Positions 25,701 to 35,313 of a DNA stretch of 64,000 nt are shown piece after piece. The notes under the pieces are model-generated. The model did no database searches. It had not been told where the DNA came from and worked only from the letters and a program-made list of their open reading frames with translations. Position 1 is the first letter of the stretch; every line of letters begins with the position of its first letter. Made by a program: the position numbers and the translations under genes. The DNA comes from Candidatus Omnitrophota bacterium (GTDB lineage: Bacteria > Omnitrophota > Gorgyraeia > Zapsychrales > JANLHA01). The stretch lies in assembly GCA_020632555.1 (NCBI GenBank), contig JACKFI010000004.1, positions 12,335 through 76,334 on the forward strand. Direction: 5' to 3'.

Positions 25701-27266
25701 AAAAACGATTGCCTCTCTACTTGCATTGCTATTCGATTGTTGGGCATAATTCAGATTCGCATTTGCGGCATTTACTAATCCTTCATAGGTCAATTGATCT
25801 ACTTGATTACCACTGGCCTTTTCTATAAGACCAATTATCTGGTCTTTCAATCTAGCTTTCACGTCTGCTGGCAAAAACGTAAACTCTCTTTCGAAAGCGT
25901 TGGTCACTAATGCTTTTGCTTCATCCACCGCGCTGGCGGCGGATTTGGCGGCGACTTTGTTAGCAATGGTACGACTGTCTTGACCATTCACCTCTCCCAT
26001 CTGAACCATTACATCAGCATCATTAGCATTAACTGCTGATGCAGCAACACCATTTGCACCCTTTTGAACTACATTAGGTAAAACAACCCCACCGGAAAAA
26101 TAACGTGTCGGCACCGACTCAGCTGTATTCATATCAAAATCTTCTTTAATCATATTGTAAGCGCCTTTTTTGAAGGCTTGGACATACTGATTGTAAACAT
26201 CTTGTTTGAAACCCACAGCGTCGGTTTCGATGCCTTTGACCTTGCTTTTGTCGGCATAGATTTTGCCCAATAAAGATTCTTTCAAAGCGCTTTTGTACCA
26301 GACAGCGAGAATTGCGGCATCATAAATTTGACGCACAGCAGCGAAGTTTTTGCCTTCATTGATTTCTTTTTCGATACTGGGAAGAATGGTGGTGCGAAAG
26401 ACTTGGGAGGAAATTTTCAATATGTCATTGTCAGCAGCCGCAGGTGACCCAGCAATCTTATCCTTACTGTCATTCCCGTAATCTTTTAACGGGAATCCAT
26501 TATTTGTAAAAGGATCCCCGATAGAAGCCTTCGGAGATGACAAATTTGAAACAGATTGCTTCACTTCGTTCGCAATGACAGAGCTTTTTGCTAACGTCTT
26601 TTGCATAGCATCCAGATCCTCTTCCAACATCACCTTCAAACGATTTTGGGTAATGAAAACTTTGCCGTCTTTTTCGGCGACTTCGGCCTTGGCCGGCACA
26701 ATCCACACCTTATTAAAAGTACTCATCGGAATATCAGTGGTCCCAAATTGCTCTTGCACTTTCGCGCGAACATTGGTCCAGAACTTTTTGCCCAAGTCTG
26801 TTTCGGGATTAGTCAAGGAAGATGCTAATTGTTTCAAAAGATAATCTTGCTCAAGCATAACCTTGCCCATTTCGGTCTTGCCCAAAGCATCAGGAATAAT
26901 ACGATTGGCTTCATAGGGAGAAAGATTGACCCAAGCTTCTTTGTCGGGAATGGTCATCGCAGTTAAAAAAAACTTAACCAGCTTTTCGGACTCAGCTTTA
27001 AGCGCCGGGCCCTGAATTTTGTCATCGCCGCGGCCAACGATAAAATCAAATAAAAACGGATTCTCCGGATGAATATTCAAACCTTTGAGCGTCGGCGCGA
27101 TAAAAACCGGCGAAATCGTCACCGCCGTCCCCGGAACAGGCAAAAGGCTGGCTAATTGCGCGCTGGCCGGACCAGGCAAACTCATAAGAAATGTCAAAAT
27201 GATTAAGCAACAGATTATTTTTTTGACAAAAACAAATTTCCGACGAGCGGCAAAAGACAAAAACAT
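22779..27266 (-). CDS. Giant secreted protein, paralog B (shared N- and C-modules, modular core with a near-identical 122-aa duplication)
   Basis: 1495 aa with a signal peptide ending 'GPASAQ'. The N-module is homologous to paralog A ('WVNLSPYE..RIIP..LG.TEMG..ML.QDY.LKQL'). The C-module is 'GGINFD...LYPVIINIAP'. GGGAGG RBS. Confidence 0.7.
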   Translation of the reverse strand: MFLSFAARRKFVFVKKIICCLIILTFLMSLPGPASAQLASLLPVPGTAVTISPVFIAPTLKGLNIHPENPFLFDFIVGRGDDKIQGPALKAESEKLVKFFLTAMTIPDKEAWVNLSPYEANRIIPDALGKTEMGKVMLEQDYLLKQLASSLTNPETDLGKKFWTNVRAKVQEQFGTTDIPMSTFNKVWIVPAKAEVAEKDGKVFITQNRLKVMLEEDLDAMQKTLAKSSVIANEVKQSVSNLSSPKASIGDPFTNNGFPLKDYGNDSKDKIAGSPAAADNDILKISSQVFRTTILPSIEKEINEGKNFAAVRQIYDAAILAVWYKSALKESLLGKIYADKSKVKGIETDAVGFKQDVYNQYVQAFKKGAYNMIKEDFDMNTAESVPTRYFSGGVVLPNVVQKGANGVAASAVNANDADVMVQMGEVNGQDSRTIANKVAAKSAASAVDEAKALVTNAFEREFTFLPADVKARLKDQIIGLIEKASGNQVDQLTYEGLVNAANANLNYAQQSNSNASREAIVFAENLKTTYEYQENAVRARVGLPAKTSTQRDSKEFSGDKISLRIEDGEINVGQEVRSGKFRGSFASTTNVGTIDRINRDEYGEVSSIDFSLRGNVAINDIVSLDIFVSSSALTQMIDQLEQAWAVYDKAQQLPAGDQARGSKIKSSEEELNKAIAALLGDSLNKALTAALKSGVLDIGIDIGWVRDLTSDIIAFKNPYLENQENRIDEAIKVFKNNRWNIVKALKAYDLKNSEPAASAVTAGEIIKLNSADALLAAIKNGTVAKDTRVREIKFVVDGAVQAYKLDNNKIDAITREFEPFVFGEATDEEKSVQNMLLDSEVIEFVSSEEVRLKHDLSDSNIETIKKFARNHSEGILNKLQQAQSNKTVRSISLTGISQEIPIENIVEITFVSSSAVKAEIINDYQVKITLRHGESVTVFMPGSREVRSISPMHVKGLDLFVAILSGEDDYRIMILDEKGQPVHTVGKADDQVIAAVEIALNSIKHRHQQEKLVKHILIDTPNYAIPRGQDNATDVAKRIVKHWASAASAVTIPADIIEKSGEQATLRYIATNAQGAQTKANWTQARFVTNDDKTLKSGIQGEWITPTKEDKKKRGVVEILKGREHIGRDAQGVIYMDLFTTPYVDKTQNLKDMDGVGLQDAVDVIQGLISQGEDLEAVRSQVKDALERIKSGSQLDSQQDLMVINIGTQMHDLWAQHSIDNAGVDGVDSYTQGLIGTKFSELEGWLQELDINFVDIVLDQVVSSSALTQMIDQLEQVWAVYDKAQRLPAGDQARGSKIKSSEEELNKAIAALLGDSLNKALTAALKSGVLDIGIDIGWVRDLTSDIIAFKNPYLENRENRIDEAIKVFKNNRWNIVKALKAYDSTINKIGEDVKAGATASSQVGGINFDPTLMNLQVKRDKNGVPLPVFQQDLPNINIEGLYPVIINIAPATMANFPLLSKAEEAQQKKAAFKDQLSPADRQKAIREEDILAQKS
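23118..23483. repeat. 366-bp intragenic direct repeat, copy 1
   Basis: Aligns with 25020-25385 with 4 mismatches by eye. It encodes 'VSSSALTQMIDQLEQ.WAVYDKAQ.LPAGDQARGSKIK...NRWNIVKALKAYD'. Confidence 0.9.
25020..25385. repeat. 366-bp intragenic direct repeat, copy 2
   Basis: See 23118-23483. The copies start 1902 bp apart. Confidence 0.9.
26469..26579. repeat. 111-bp degenerate palindromic element embedded in frame in paralog B (homologous position to 18658-18756)
   Basis: GTCATTCCCG...GATTGCTTCACTTCGTTCGCAATGAC, translated as 'VIANEVKQS'. The alternate frame gives 'CHCERSEAI'. Confidence 0.5.
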
Positions 27267-27403
27267 GTGGCAATCCTCCCTTTAAGGTTGCGGACAAAAA
27301 GCTTGAAATATTTTTAGAAAGAAATAATACGAACAGCTGGAAAGGCACTCACACTAATAACGTAAATGTAACATACACAGTGTAACACGTCAACATGGAA
27401 TCC

Positions 27404-27436
27404 ACAAAAACCCCCGCCTGTTTTGCAGACGGGGGT
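27404..27436 (-). terminator. Rho-independent (bidirectional-looking) terminator downstream of groEL
   Basis: CCCCCG-N13-CGGGGG, flanked by an A run and a T run. Confidence 0.75.
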
Positions 27437-27494
27437 TTTTGTATATTATGTAAGCAACGGTTGCGACCGTTCCCTACAGCGACTCCTATTTCTC

Positions 27495-29186
<1,692 letters not shown>

Positions 29187-29199
29187 TTAAAATCTGTGT

Positions 29200-29499
29200 T
29201 TACTTCGCATCTTTAAAAACGGCCAAAATATCATCTTCACGCATAATCAAAAGGTCTTCCCCTTCGGTCGTGGTGATTTCGCTGCCGCTGTATTTACCAT
29301 AAAGGATACGGTCGCCGACCTTAACTTCCGGAGCATGAACGCTGCCATTATCCAAAAGTTTGCCTTTGCCAACCGCGACAATCTTGCCTTCTTGCGGTTT
29401 TTCTTTGGCGGTTTCGGGAAGCAAAATGCCGCCCTTGGTTTTCTCGATGGCATCGAGAGGTTTGACGATGATTCTGTCTGCTAACGGTTGTAACTTCAC
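29200..29499 (-). CDS. groS: Co-chaperonin GroES
   Basis: A GTG start is preceded by AAGGAGG. '(M)[43 protein letters not shown]'. Confidence 0.9.
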   Translation of the reverse strand: MKLQPLADRIIVKPLDAIEKTKGGILLPETAKEKPQEGKIVAVGKGKLLDNGSVHAPEVKVGDRILYGKYSGSEITTTEGEDLLIMREDDILAVFKDAK

Positions 29500-29568
29500 T
29501 GCTGACCTCCTTGTTGAATCTGTTGGACTATTAAGCAAACCCAAAACCTTAAAACATCAATTTCAGGT

Positions 29569-29595
29569 TTAGCAATCAAATTGATTGAGTGCTAA
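29569..29595. promoter_or_regulatory. CIRCE HrcA operator of groESL
   Basis: TTAGCAATC-N9-GAGTGCTAA. Confidence 0.8.
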
Positions 29596-29622
29596 TTCTA
29601 CGAATCAAATGCATTTTGTCAA
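29595..29622 (-). promoter_or_regulatory. Sigma70-type groESL promoter
   Basis: The minus strand reads TTGACA-N17-TAGAAT, immediately followed by CIRCE. Confidence 0.65.
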
Positions 29623-29642
29623 GATTTTTTTTTAAAACACCC

Positions 29643-29680
29643 TTGACAAAGGTGTATTAGTGTATTACTCTTGTGATACA
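29643..29680 (+). promoter_or_regulatory. Putative promoter plus operator of the YtrA-like operon
   Basis: TTGACA (29643-29648), N17, then TACTCT. The direct repeat GTGTATTA-GTGTATTA and the inverted repeat GTGTAT...ATACAC overlap the spacer and -10 region. Confidence 0.4.
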
Positions 29681-29700
29681 CAAGCGCAACGGAGAAACCT

Positions 29701-30099
29701 ATGCAGAAAAAACCAAAATATTATTTTCAAATCAATCCATCGTCGGGAGTTCCGGTTTACCGCCAAGTGATGGATCAAGTCAAAACGCAAATCGCCCTCG
29801 ATCATTTACCGCGCGGCAGTTTTTTACCGTCTGTCCGCCAAATGTCCAAAGATTTAGAAATCAATCCCATGACCGTTTCCAAAGCCTATTCCCTTTTAGA
29901 AAAGGACGGCATCGTTGAGCATGTGCGCGGGCAAGGCATGAAAATCACTCAAGGCCCGCTGGCGCAAAAATTCTTGAATGTCAGCCATGAAAGCATTGGC
30001 CCTTTATTAAGTGAAGTAATCACCAAAAGCAAACAGCTTTCGCTGACGGTTTCACATTTACATAAACTGATTGATGATGCCTGGGACAAGGAGAATTGA
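29701..30099 (+). CDS. GntR-family transcriptional regulator, YtrA subfamily (short effector domain)
   Basis: 132 aa with the wHTH 'PVYRQVMDQVKTQIALDHLPRGSFLPSVRQMSKDLEINPMTVSKAYSLLEKDGIV'. Confidence 0.8.
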   Translation: MQKKPKYYFQINPSSGVPVYRQVMDQVKTQIALDHLPRGSFLPSVRQMSKDLEINPMTVSKAYSLLEKDGIVEHVRGQGMKITQGPLAQKFLNVSHESIGPLLSEVITKSKQLSLTVSHLHKLIDDAWDKEN

Positions 30100-30100
30100 T

Positions 30101-30976
30101 ATGGAAAATATTATCGTCGTGCAGGATGTCAGTAAATCGTTTGGAAAGAAAACTGTTCTGGACCACATCGATCTGATCGTCCCCCGCGGTTGTGTTTTTG
30201 GGTTGATGGGGAAAAACGGCGCCGGAAAAACCACCTTAATCAAATCACTCTTAGGTTTGGTTAAACCAACGGCCGGTCGTATTGATTTGTTGGGCGAAAA
30301 TCCCTGGACGCTGTCTGATCGGGCCAAAGAACAAATCGGCTACACGCCGCAAAGCGATCAACTCTACTCGTGGTTAACCGTCGGACAATTATTAAACTAC
30401 ACCGCTTCCTTTTATCGAAATTGGAATAGCAAGCTGGTTGATAAATTGCTCAACGACTGGGACGTCGATCCGCAAGACCGCGTCGGCCTGCTCTCCGAGG
30501 GGCAAATGCAAAAAGTCGCTATCATTTTGGCTTTAGGCCACGAACCTCAACTGCTTATTTTTGACGAACCGGTCGCCAGCTTGGATCCAATGGCACGCCG
30601 ACAATTTTTAAAAACCATATTGGAAATTGTTTCCGACCGCGATTGCACCATCTTCTTTTCCAGCCATATCACACCGGATCTGGAGCGTGTTACTGATCAA
30701 GTCGCCATCTTAAACAAAGGGAAAGTCGATTTTACCGGCGGATTGGATGTGCTTAAAGATACGGTCAAACGATTACGCATTGATGCCGCAAATACTTTAC
30801 CTGCCGACTTAAACATTGCCGGATCATTGTCTTGCGAAATCAATGAACGTACCGCCATCATTACCGTGCGCGAGTTTAACGATGCTCTCATCCATGATCT
30901 GACCAACCGCCTTCAAGCCAAAATCACCGTTGAAAATCTGAACTTGGAAGAAATTTTTTTGGAGCTTAACGCATGA
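30101..30976 (+). CDS. ABC transporter ATP-binding protein (first of two)
   Basis: Walker A 'GKNGAGKTT', signature 'LSEGQMQK', Walker B 'LLIFDEP'. The start 'MENIIVV' follows AAGGAG. Confidence 0.85.
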   Translation: MENIIVVQDVSKSFGKKTVLDHIDLIVPRGCVFGLMGKNGAGKTTLIKSLLGLVKPTAGRIDLLGENPWTLSDRAKEQIGYTPQSDQLYSWLTVGQLLNYTASFYRNWNSKLVDKLLNDWDVDPQDRVGLLSEGQMQKVAIILALGHEPQLLIFDEPVASLDPMARRQFLKTILEIVSDRDCTIFFSSHITPDLERVTDQVAILNKGKVDFTGGLDVLKDTVKRLRIDAANTLPADLNIAGSLSCEINERTAIITVREFNDALIHDLTNRLQAKITVENLNLEEIFLELNA

Positions 30977-32451
30977 TGCGCAAACTCAAACATATTGTTC
31001 TCTTATACCTACGCGAACCGGGCTTTATCGTGCTTTCAGCCTTAAGCTTCCTATCATTATGCGCGATGCAAGCAGTGATTTACTGGGGCATTGAAAGAAA
31101 TTTATGGAATGATAACTTTGTTAGCATTGCTATTGGCAATCAGAAAAGCATTGAAATTCTCGTGCATAAATACATGTTGGGCGACGAACTTTTGAGTTTC
31201 GTTTTTATTTTAGGCCTGTGGTTGATGTTTACTTTTGGGCTGTTAATCAAAAAACAATTTGCCAATGAACGCGCTGCTCTACTGCCGAATTATCGCTGGC
31301 CGCATGTCAGCGTCATGCTGGGAATTTTAGCTTTTATGATTAGCGCAACCATTGTGCTCAGTAAAAGCGCTATGGTTCTGTCGCAACTATTTTTTTTGCA
31401 AGTCTTACATGTTCCTGTTTCTCTCTGGGCCATTTATTTGGTGATTCTGACTATGGGCTTAACCATGTTGTATTTAGGTTATCTTTCAATGAGTTATATC
31501 GTCGTTATCGGTTATCTGGCTTTGATTGTTTTAGCGCAAAATATGACTGGGGTTTTGGGTATGGTTTCCTCCAGCGCTCTCTGGTATTACAGTCTCTTAT
31601 CTATTTTCACCGGCGGAATTATCCTTTTTGTCTATCGCCTGATCCATTTGAAAAGCGAACACATCGAGTATCCATTTCTTTTGTCGTGGCCGCCACAAAA
31701 AGCGCTGCGCAATCAACAAGCGCTTGCGCAGAAAGTTTACTTGCTCAAAACCCGCTGTTTAAAATTCTTACACCTATCCCCTCAAGAACCAACGATTCCT
31801 GCTTTTTATCAACACACAACATTGTGGGCACGTGCCCACACTTGGGGATCTGTCGGTCAACCCAATATTTTCTTGTTGATGCTTTTATCTTTTGCGGGAT
31901 TGCCATTGTATTTTATCTTTTTACAATCTCCCACAACTGAATTGGCCACCATAAGAATTGAAACCAATTTTCTTCTGTTAAGCACCGCTGCCGTCCTGCT
32001 GACCATTATCACCAATTATAAAAATATGATGTTCTGGAGTTCTGACCTCATCAAACCTGTCCGTCGCTGTGATTTTTTTAAACAGCAAGGTGTCAAAGTA
32101 TATTGCCATCTTTTGTCCTACTGGTTCGTGATTGTCCTCTATTTTGCCATCATCCCGGATTGGGCAACGGGAGCTCAACAATTGCAAACAACCCATTTTT
32201 GGGCTTTTCTCTTTTTAACATTGTGCTTTGCAACCCTTTGCCTCTGGTGGCTGGCCACCTTAAGTGCCCTGCGCAATGAGCGCGCCGTAATTGGCAATGG
32301 TTTTGTGCTCTGTCTTATCATTATGTCTGAACTTCTGCTGGCTGGTAAAAGTTCGACACAGTGGATAATAGTCAATGCTTTTCTGTGCCTGACTCTCAGC
32401 ACCCTGTTTTTAAAATTAGCTTATGAGAAATGGATGGATAAAGAATTTTAA
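30973..32451 (+). CDS. Large polytopic membrane protein (putative permease partner, uncharacterised)
   Basis: 492 aa with many hydrophobic segments. It is translationally coupled to the upstream ATPase by an ATGA overlap. I recognised no family motif. Confidence 0.5.
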   Translation: MMRKLKHIVLLYLREPGFIVLSALSFLSLCAMQAVIYWGIERNLWNDNFVSIAIGNQKSIEILVHKYMLGDELLSFVFILGLWLMFTFGLLIKKQFANERAALLPNYRWPHVSVMLGILAFMISATIVLSKSAMVLSQLFFLQVLHVPVSLWAIYLVILTMGLTMLYLGYLSMSYIVVIGYLALIVLAQNMTGVLGMVSSSALWYYSLLSIFTGGIILFVYRLIHLKSEHIEYPFLLSWPPQKALRNQQALAQKVYLLKTRCLKFLHLSPQEPTIPAFYQHTTLWARAHTWGSVGQPNIFLLMLLSFAGLPLYFIFLQSPTTELATIRIETNFLLLSTAAVLLTIITNYKNMMFWSSDLIKPVRRCDFFKQQGVKVYCHLLSYWFVIVLYFAIIPDWATGAQQLQTTHFWAFLFLTLCFATLCLWWLATLSALRNERAVIGNGFVLCLIIMSELLLAGKSSTQWIIVNAFLCLTLSTLFLKLAYEKWMDKEF

Positions 32452-32476
32452 TAACTCATCTCCAAGGAGAACACTT

Positions 32477-33421
32477 ATGAACACTGTTGAAGTATCACAA
32501 CTGCGCGTCGAATACGACGAAGTCACAGCGGTACATGATCTTTCCCTGACATTAGAACAAGGAAAAATTTACGGCTTTGTCGGACCCAACGGCGCCGGAA
32601 AAACATCGACCATCAAAGCTTTGGCCGGCGTCATCGAGCCTACGCAAGGCACCATTTTGCTCAATGGCTTTGATTTAGATCTACATCGCGAAAAAGCCTT
32701 ACGGCATATCGGCTATATGCCTGACTTTTCTCCGGTTTATGAGAATTTAAAAGTGTGGGAATACCTAGATGTTTTCGCCGCCGCCTACGATATCAAAGCA
32801 TCTGAACGCCCGCATCACGTCGAGAAATGGCTCAACAAAAGTGACCTTGTCTCTAAGCGTGATGCTTTAATCAAAGGCTTATCCCGTGGGATGCGTCAAA
32901 GATTAGTTTTAGCTAAAACCTTAGAATCTGACCCCAACATTTTATTACTCGACGAACCTGCCAGCGGACTTGACCCCATCGCGCGCAAACATATGCGCGA
33001 CTTGATCAAGGAAGCCAGTCAAAATGGAGCAACCGTCCTGATCTCCAGCCACATTCTTTCGGAATTGAGCGAATTTATTGACAGCGCCATCATTCTTGAA
33101 AAAGGCAAACTGGTCGTCTGCGGAACCATCGATGACATTCGGCAGAAAATCGGCGGTGAACAAAAACTCATTGTCAAATTTGCTAACGCAACCGCCGGTA
33201 AAGAATTCATGGGAAAATTACTATTATCCCAAAACGTCCCGCCCAATCAAGTCACCTGCGACAAAGCAAACTATATAATTAACTTTGGCAATGACAAAAA
33301 CACAGCCGCGCAATTCTTAAACAAAATCCTTTCATCCGGCGTTGCTATCGAAGAATGTTCTATCAAAAACGACACCATCGAAGACATCTTTCATAAAATT
33401 GGTGCAAAGGAGGTCGCATGA
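32477..33421 (+). CDS. ABC transporter ATP-binding protein (second)
   Basis: Walker A 'GPNGAGKTS', signature 'LSRGMRQR', Walker B 'ILLLDEP'. The start 'MNTVEVS' follows AAGGAGA. Confidence 0.85.
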   Translation: MNTVEVSQLRVEYDEVTAVHDLSLTLEQGKIYGFVGPNGAGKTSTIKALAGVIEPTQGTILLNGFDLDLHREKALRHIGYMPDFSPVYENLKVWEYLDVFAAAYDIKASERPHHVEKWLNKSDLVSKRDALIKGLSRGMRQRLVLAKTLESDPNILLLDEPASGLDPIARKHMRDLIKEASQNGATVLISSHILSELSEFIDSAIILEKGKLVVCGTIDDIRQKIGGEQKLIVKFANATAGKEFMGKLLLSQNVPPNQVTCDKANYIINFGNDKNTAAQFLNKILSSGVAIEECSIKNDTIEDIFHKIGAKEVA

Positions 33422-34953
33422 ACCCTTTTCAATTAAAAGACAACGCCCTGTTCTTAAGCTGCTGGCATGAACGCAATCGCCCTATTCAGCTGATTTGCTA
33501 TACGATTTTTATTATCGGAATTCTCTTATTAACCTTTTTTTCAATTGCTCTTTTTGATCAGACACCAAACATGAGCTGGCTGATTCTATTTTATGTCTTG
33601 ACAACCATCCAAGCGGTCGCCTTACTTTTAATCGGCTCTCTTTTTGCTAGTTCCTTAAGTAGCCGTGAACGCACTTGTGCAACCCTCGACTTTCACCGTA
33701 ATTCGCCGCAACCGGTCATTGAAAAGATCATTGGCCTGGTGTTGGGCGCAACATGGTTTGAATGGTCCCTCTTCTTACTTCTTTTTGTCATTGAATTGCC
33801 GTTCGCAATATTGCCACAAATAGCACTCGTTGACATTCTCTTATTTAATGCTTCACTAATGCTGACCGGTATTTTCTTCCAAACGACAGCATCCATGCTG
33901 GCACTTCTTTCCCCTCAAAAAAAGAGAGGATCTCCATTCGCACTATTATTCTTACTTTTATTTCTAGGTTGGCCGCTAGTTGGATTTATTTTTGCCTCAT
34001 CTCAATCCAGTTTCTTTGCGCATCTCTTCGGAGCAACAGTATTAAAATATATTTATCACGAACCTTTTGTGAGATTTAACGGGTGGTTTTATCATTTCCA
34101 ACTCCCCTTGATTCTTTTGCAAGGTATTGTCCAACTCCCACTTATTTTACTGATGATTAAAGGACTCAAACGAATCTTTAATCGACCCAACAGTCCCGCG
34201 TGGTCTAAACTCGACGTTATCGGATTTTTCGGTTTTATCTTCTTTATGATTACGGGATTCTTTGTCGCAAATTATAGCCACTTTAATATAATCGCTGAGC
34301 AACATTCCTACGGGCGCTATAACACTCTTTCTCTGGGAGATTTTACCCTACAAAGCATGGGTCTATTTATTATTTTATTTGCAGCTATCGGATTTTTCAT
34401 CGGATTTTTTACCGTCCCCAGTTATTTTAAGCGAACAAAATACCTGATCTTAAGTACCAAGAAATCCTCAGCATTAAACAATTTCTTTAACGACGGGGCA
34501 ACATCCCTCCCCACTATTCTTATCTATCTGGCTATTGGAGCTATCTTTATGCTCCCGTATATCTTTTTACAAAAAGTTCCAATCCCCAATGCCTTGGCTG
34601 TATTGACCATGCTGTCAAGCCACATTATTGCTTTTGCCGGATTTCTGGAATTCTTTCGCTTAAGCCGTTTTCGCAGCGACAAAGTTTTTTTTGTCACAAC
34701 TTTAATTGTTTTGTGGGTATTTGTTCCGTGGTTAGTCAGCCTTGCGTGCGGCAATAAGTTTGAAACCATGGTGAACATTGGAACCCTTTCACCATTTGTT
34801 GGAATCGCTTACATATTTACAGTCATTTCAGCCCAGATAAAATTACCCTATTGGCCATTATTTTTGCCCTGTCTAACCGGAGCAATAACATGGCTTTTAG
34901 CATGGCGAGAACATCAAATCATTAAACAAAAAATAAAATATTCACAACAATAA
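33418..34953 (+). CDS. Large polytopic membrane protein (second putative permease, uncharacterised)
   Basis: 511 aa and highly hydrophobic, with an ATGA overlap to the upstream ATPase. Confidence 0.5.
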   Translation: MNPFQLKDNALFLSCWHERNRPIQLICYTIFIIGILLLTFFSIALFDQTPNMSWLILFYVLTTIQAVALLLIGSLFASSLSSRERTCATLDFHRNSPQPVIEKIIGLVLGATWFEWSLFLLLFVIELPFAILPQIALVDILLFNASLMLTGIFFQTTASMLALLSPQKKRGSPFALLFLLLFLGWPLVGFIFASSQSSFFAHLFGATVLKYIYHEPFVRFNGWFYHFQLPLILLQGIVQLPLILLMIKGLKRIFNRPNSPAWSKLDVIGFFGFIFFMITGFFVANYSHFNIIAEQHSYGRYNTLSLGDFTLQSMGLFIILFAAIGFFIGFFTVPSYFKRTKYLILSTKKSSALNNFFNDGATSLPTILIYLAIGAIFMLPYIFLQKVPIPNALAVLTMLSSHIIAFAGFLEFFRLSRFRSDKVFFVTTLIVLWVFVPWLVSLACGNKFETMVNIGTLSPFVGIAYIFTVISAQIKLPYWPLFLPCLTGAITWLLAWREHQIIKQKIKYSQQ

Positions 34954-34979
34954 ATCTCATTTGAAAGGAGGTGAAGACT

Positions 34980-35183
34980 ATGACACCAGAAGCCATTAAG
35001 CACGTGTGTAAAGCCCTGGCTGTTTGTTGTATTGCCGTTGGGGGATTGGGCTCCATGGCCTGCGTCCCTTTCGCGTTGACCAACAACTTAAGCCTGATCA
35101 CAACAGCTGGCATTTATTTTGTCGCTGGCGGGGTTATGATCACAGGCGGTTTGCTCAGTTACATCGTCTTAAACAAGTCGTAA
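34980..35183 (+). CDS. Small two-TM membrane protein
   Basis: 67 aa. AGGAGG lies 9 nt upstream of the ATG, and there are two hydrophobic helices. Confidence 0.5.
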   Translation: MTPEAIKHVCKALAVCCIAVGGLGSMACVPFALTNNLSLITTAGIYFVAGGVMITGGLLSYIVLNKS

Positions 35184-35240
35184 AAAGTAGTGCCGACTCT
35201 TACTTTTTCGGCATCACCAAAGGACCAGCTTTTGGCTGGA

Positions 35241-35280
35241 TAGCCCGACGGACGGAGGGGCCCCTCCTACGTTTGGGCTA
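35241..35280. other. GC-rich 40-nt palindromic stem (possible terminator or structured RNA)
   Basis: TAGCCC...GGAGGGGCCCCTCC...GGGCTA. The central 14-bp palindrome at 35254-35267 is perfect, and the outer arms TAGCCC/GGGCTA also pair. Confidence 0.5.
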
Positions 35281-35313
35281 AGCAAAACAATGTCACCTTA
35301 AAGAAATAAAACT

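Noticed and set aside
26500-26706. 68-aa ORF inside the giant gene
   Set aside because: It is an alternate-frame reading of the embedded palindromic element ('CHCERSEAI'). The main frame is continuous and conserved across it.
15757-27266. Giant proteins as a polymorphic-toxin, RHS or autotransporter system
   Set aside because: I found no RHS/YD repeats, no PT-HINT or recognisable toxin tip, no adjacent immunity-like small ORF, and no C-terminal beta-barrel-length domain. They remain an uncharacterised family.
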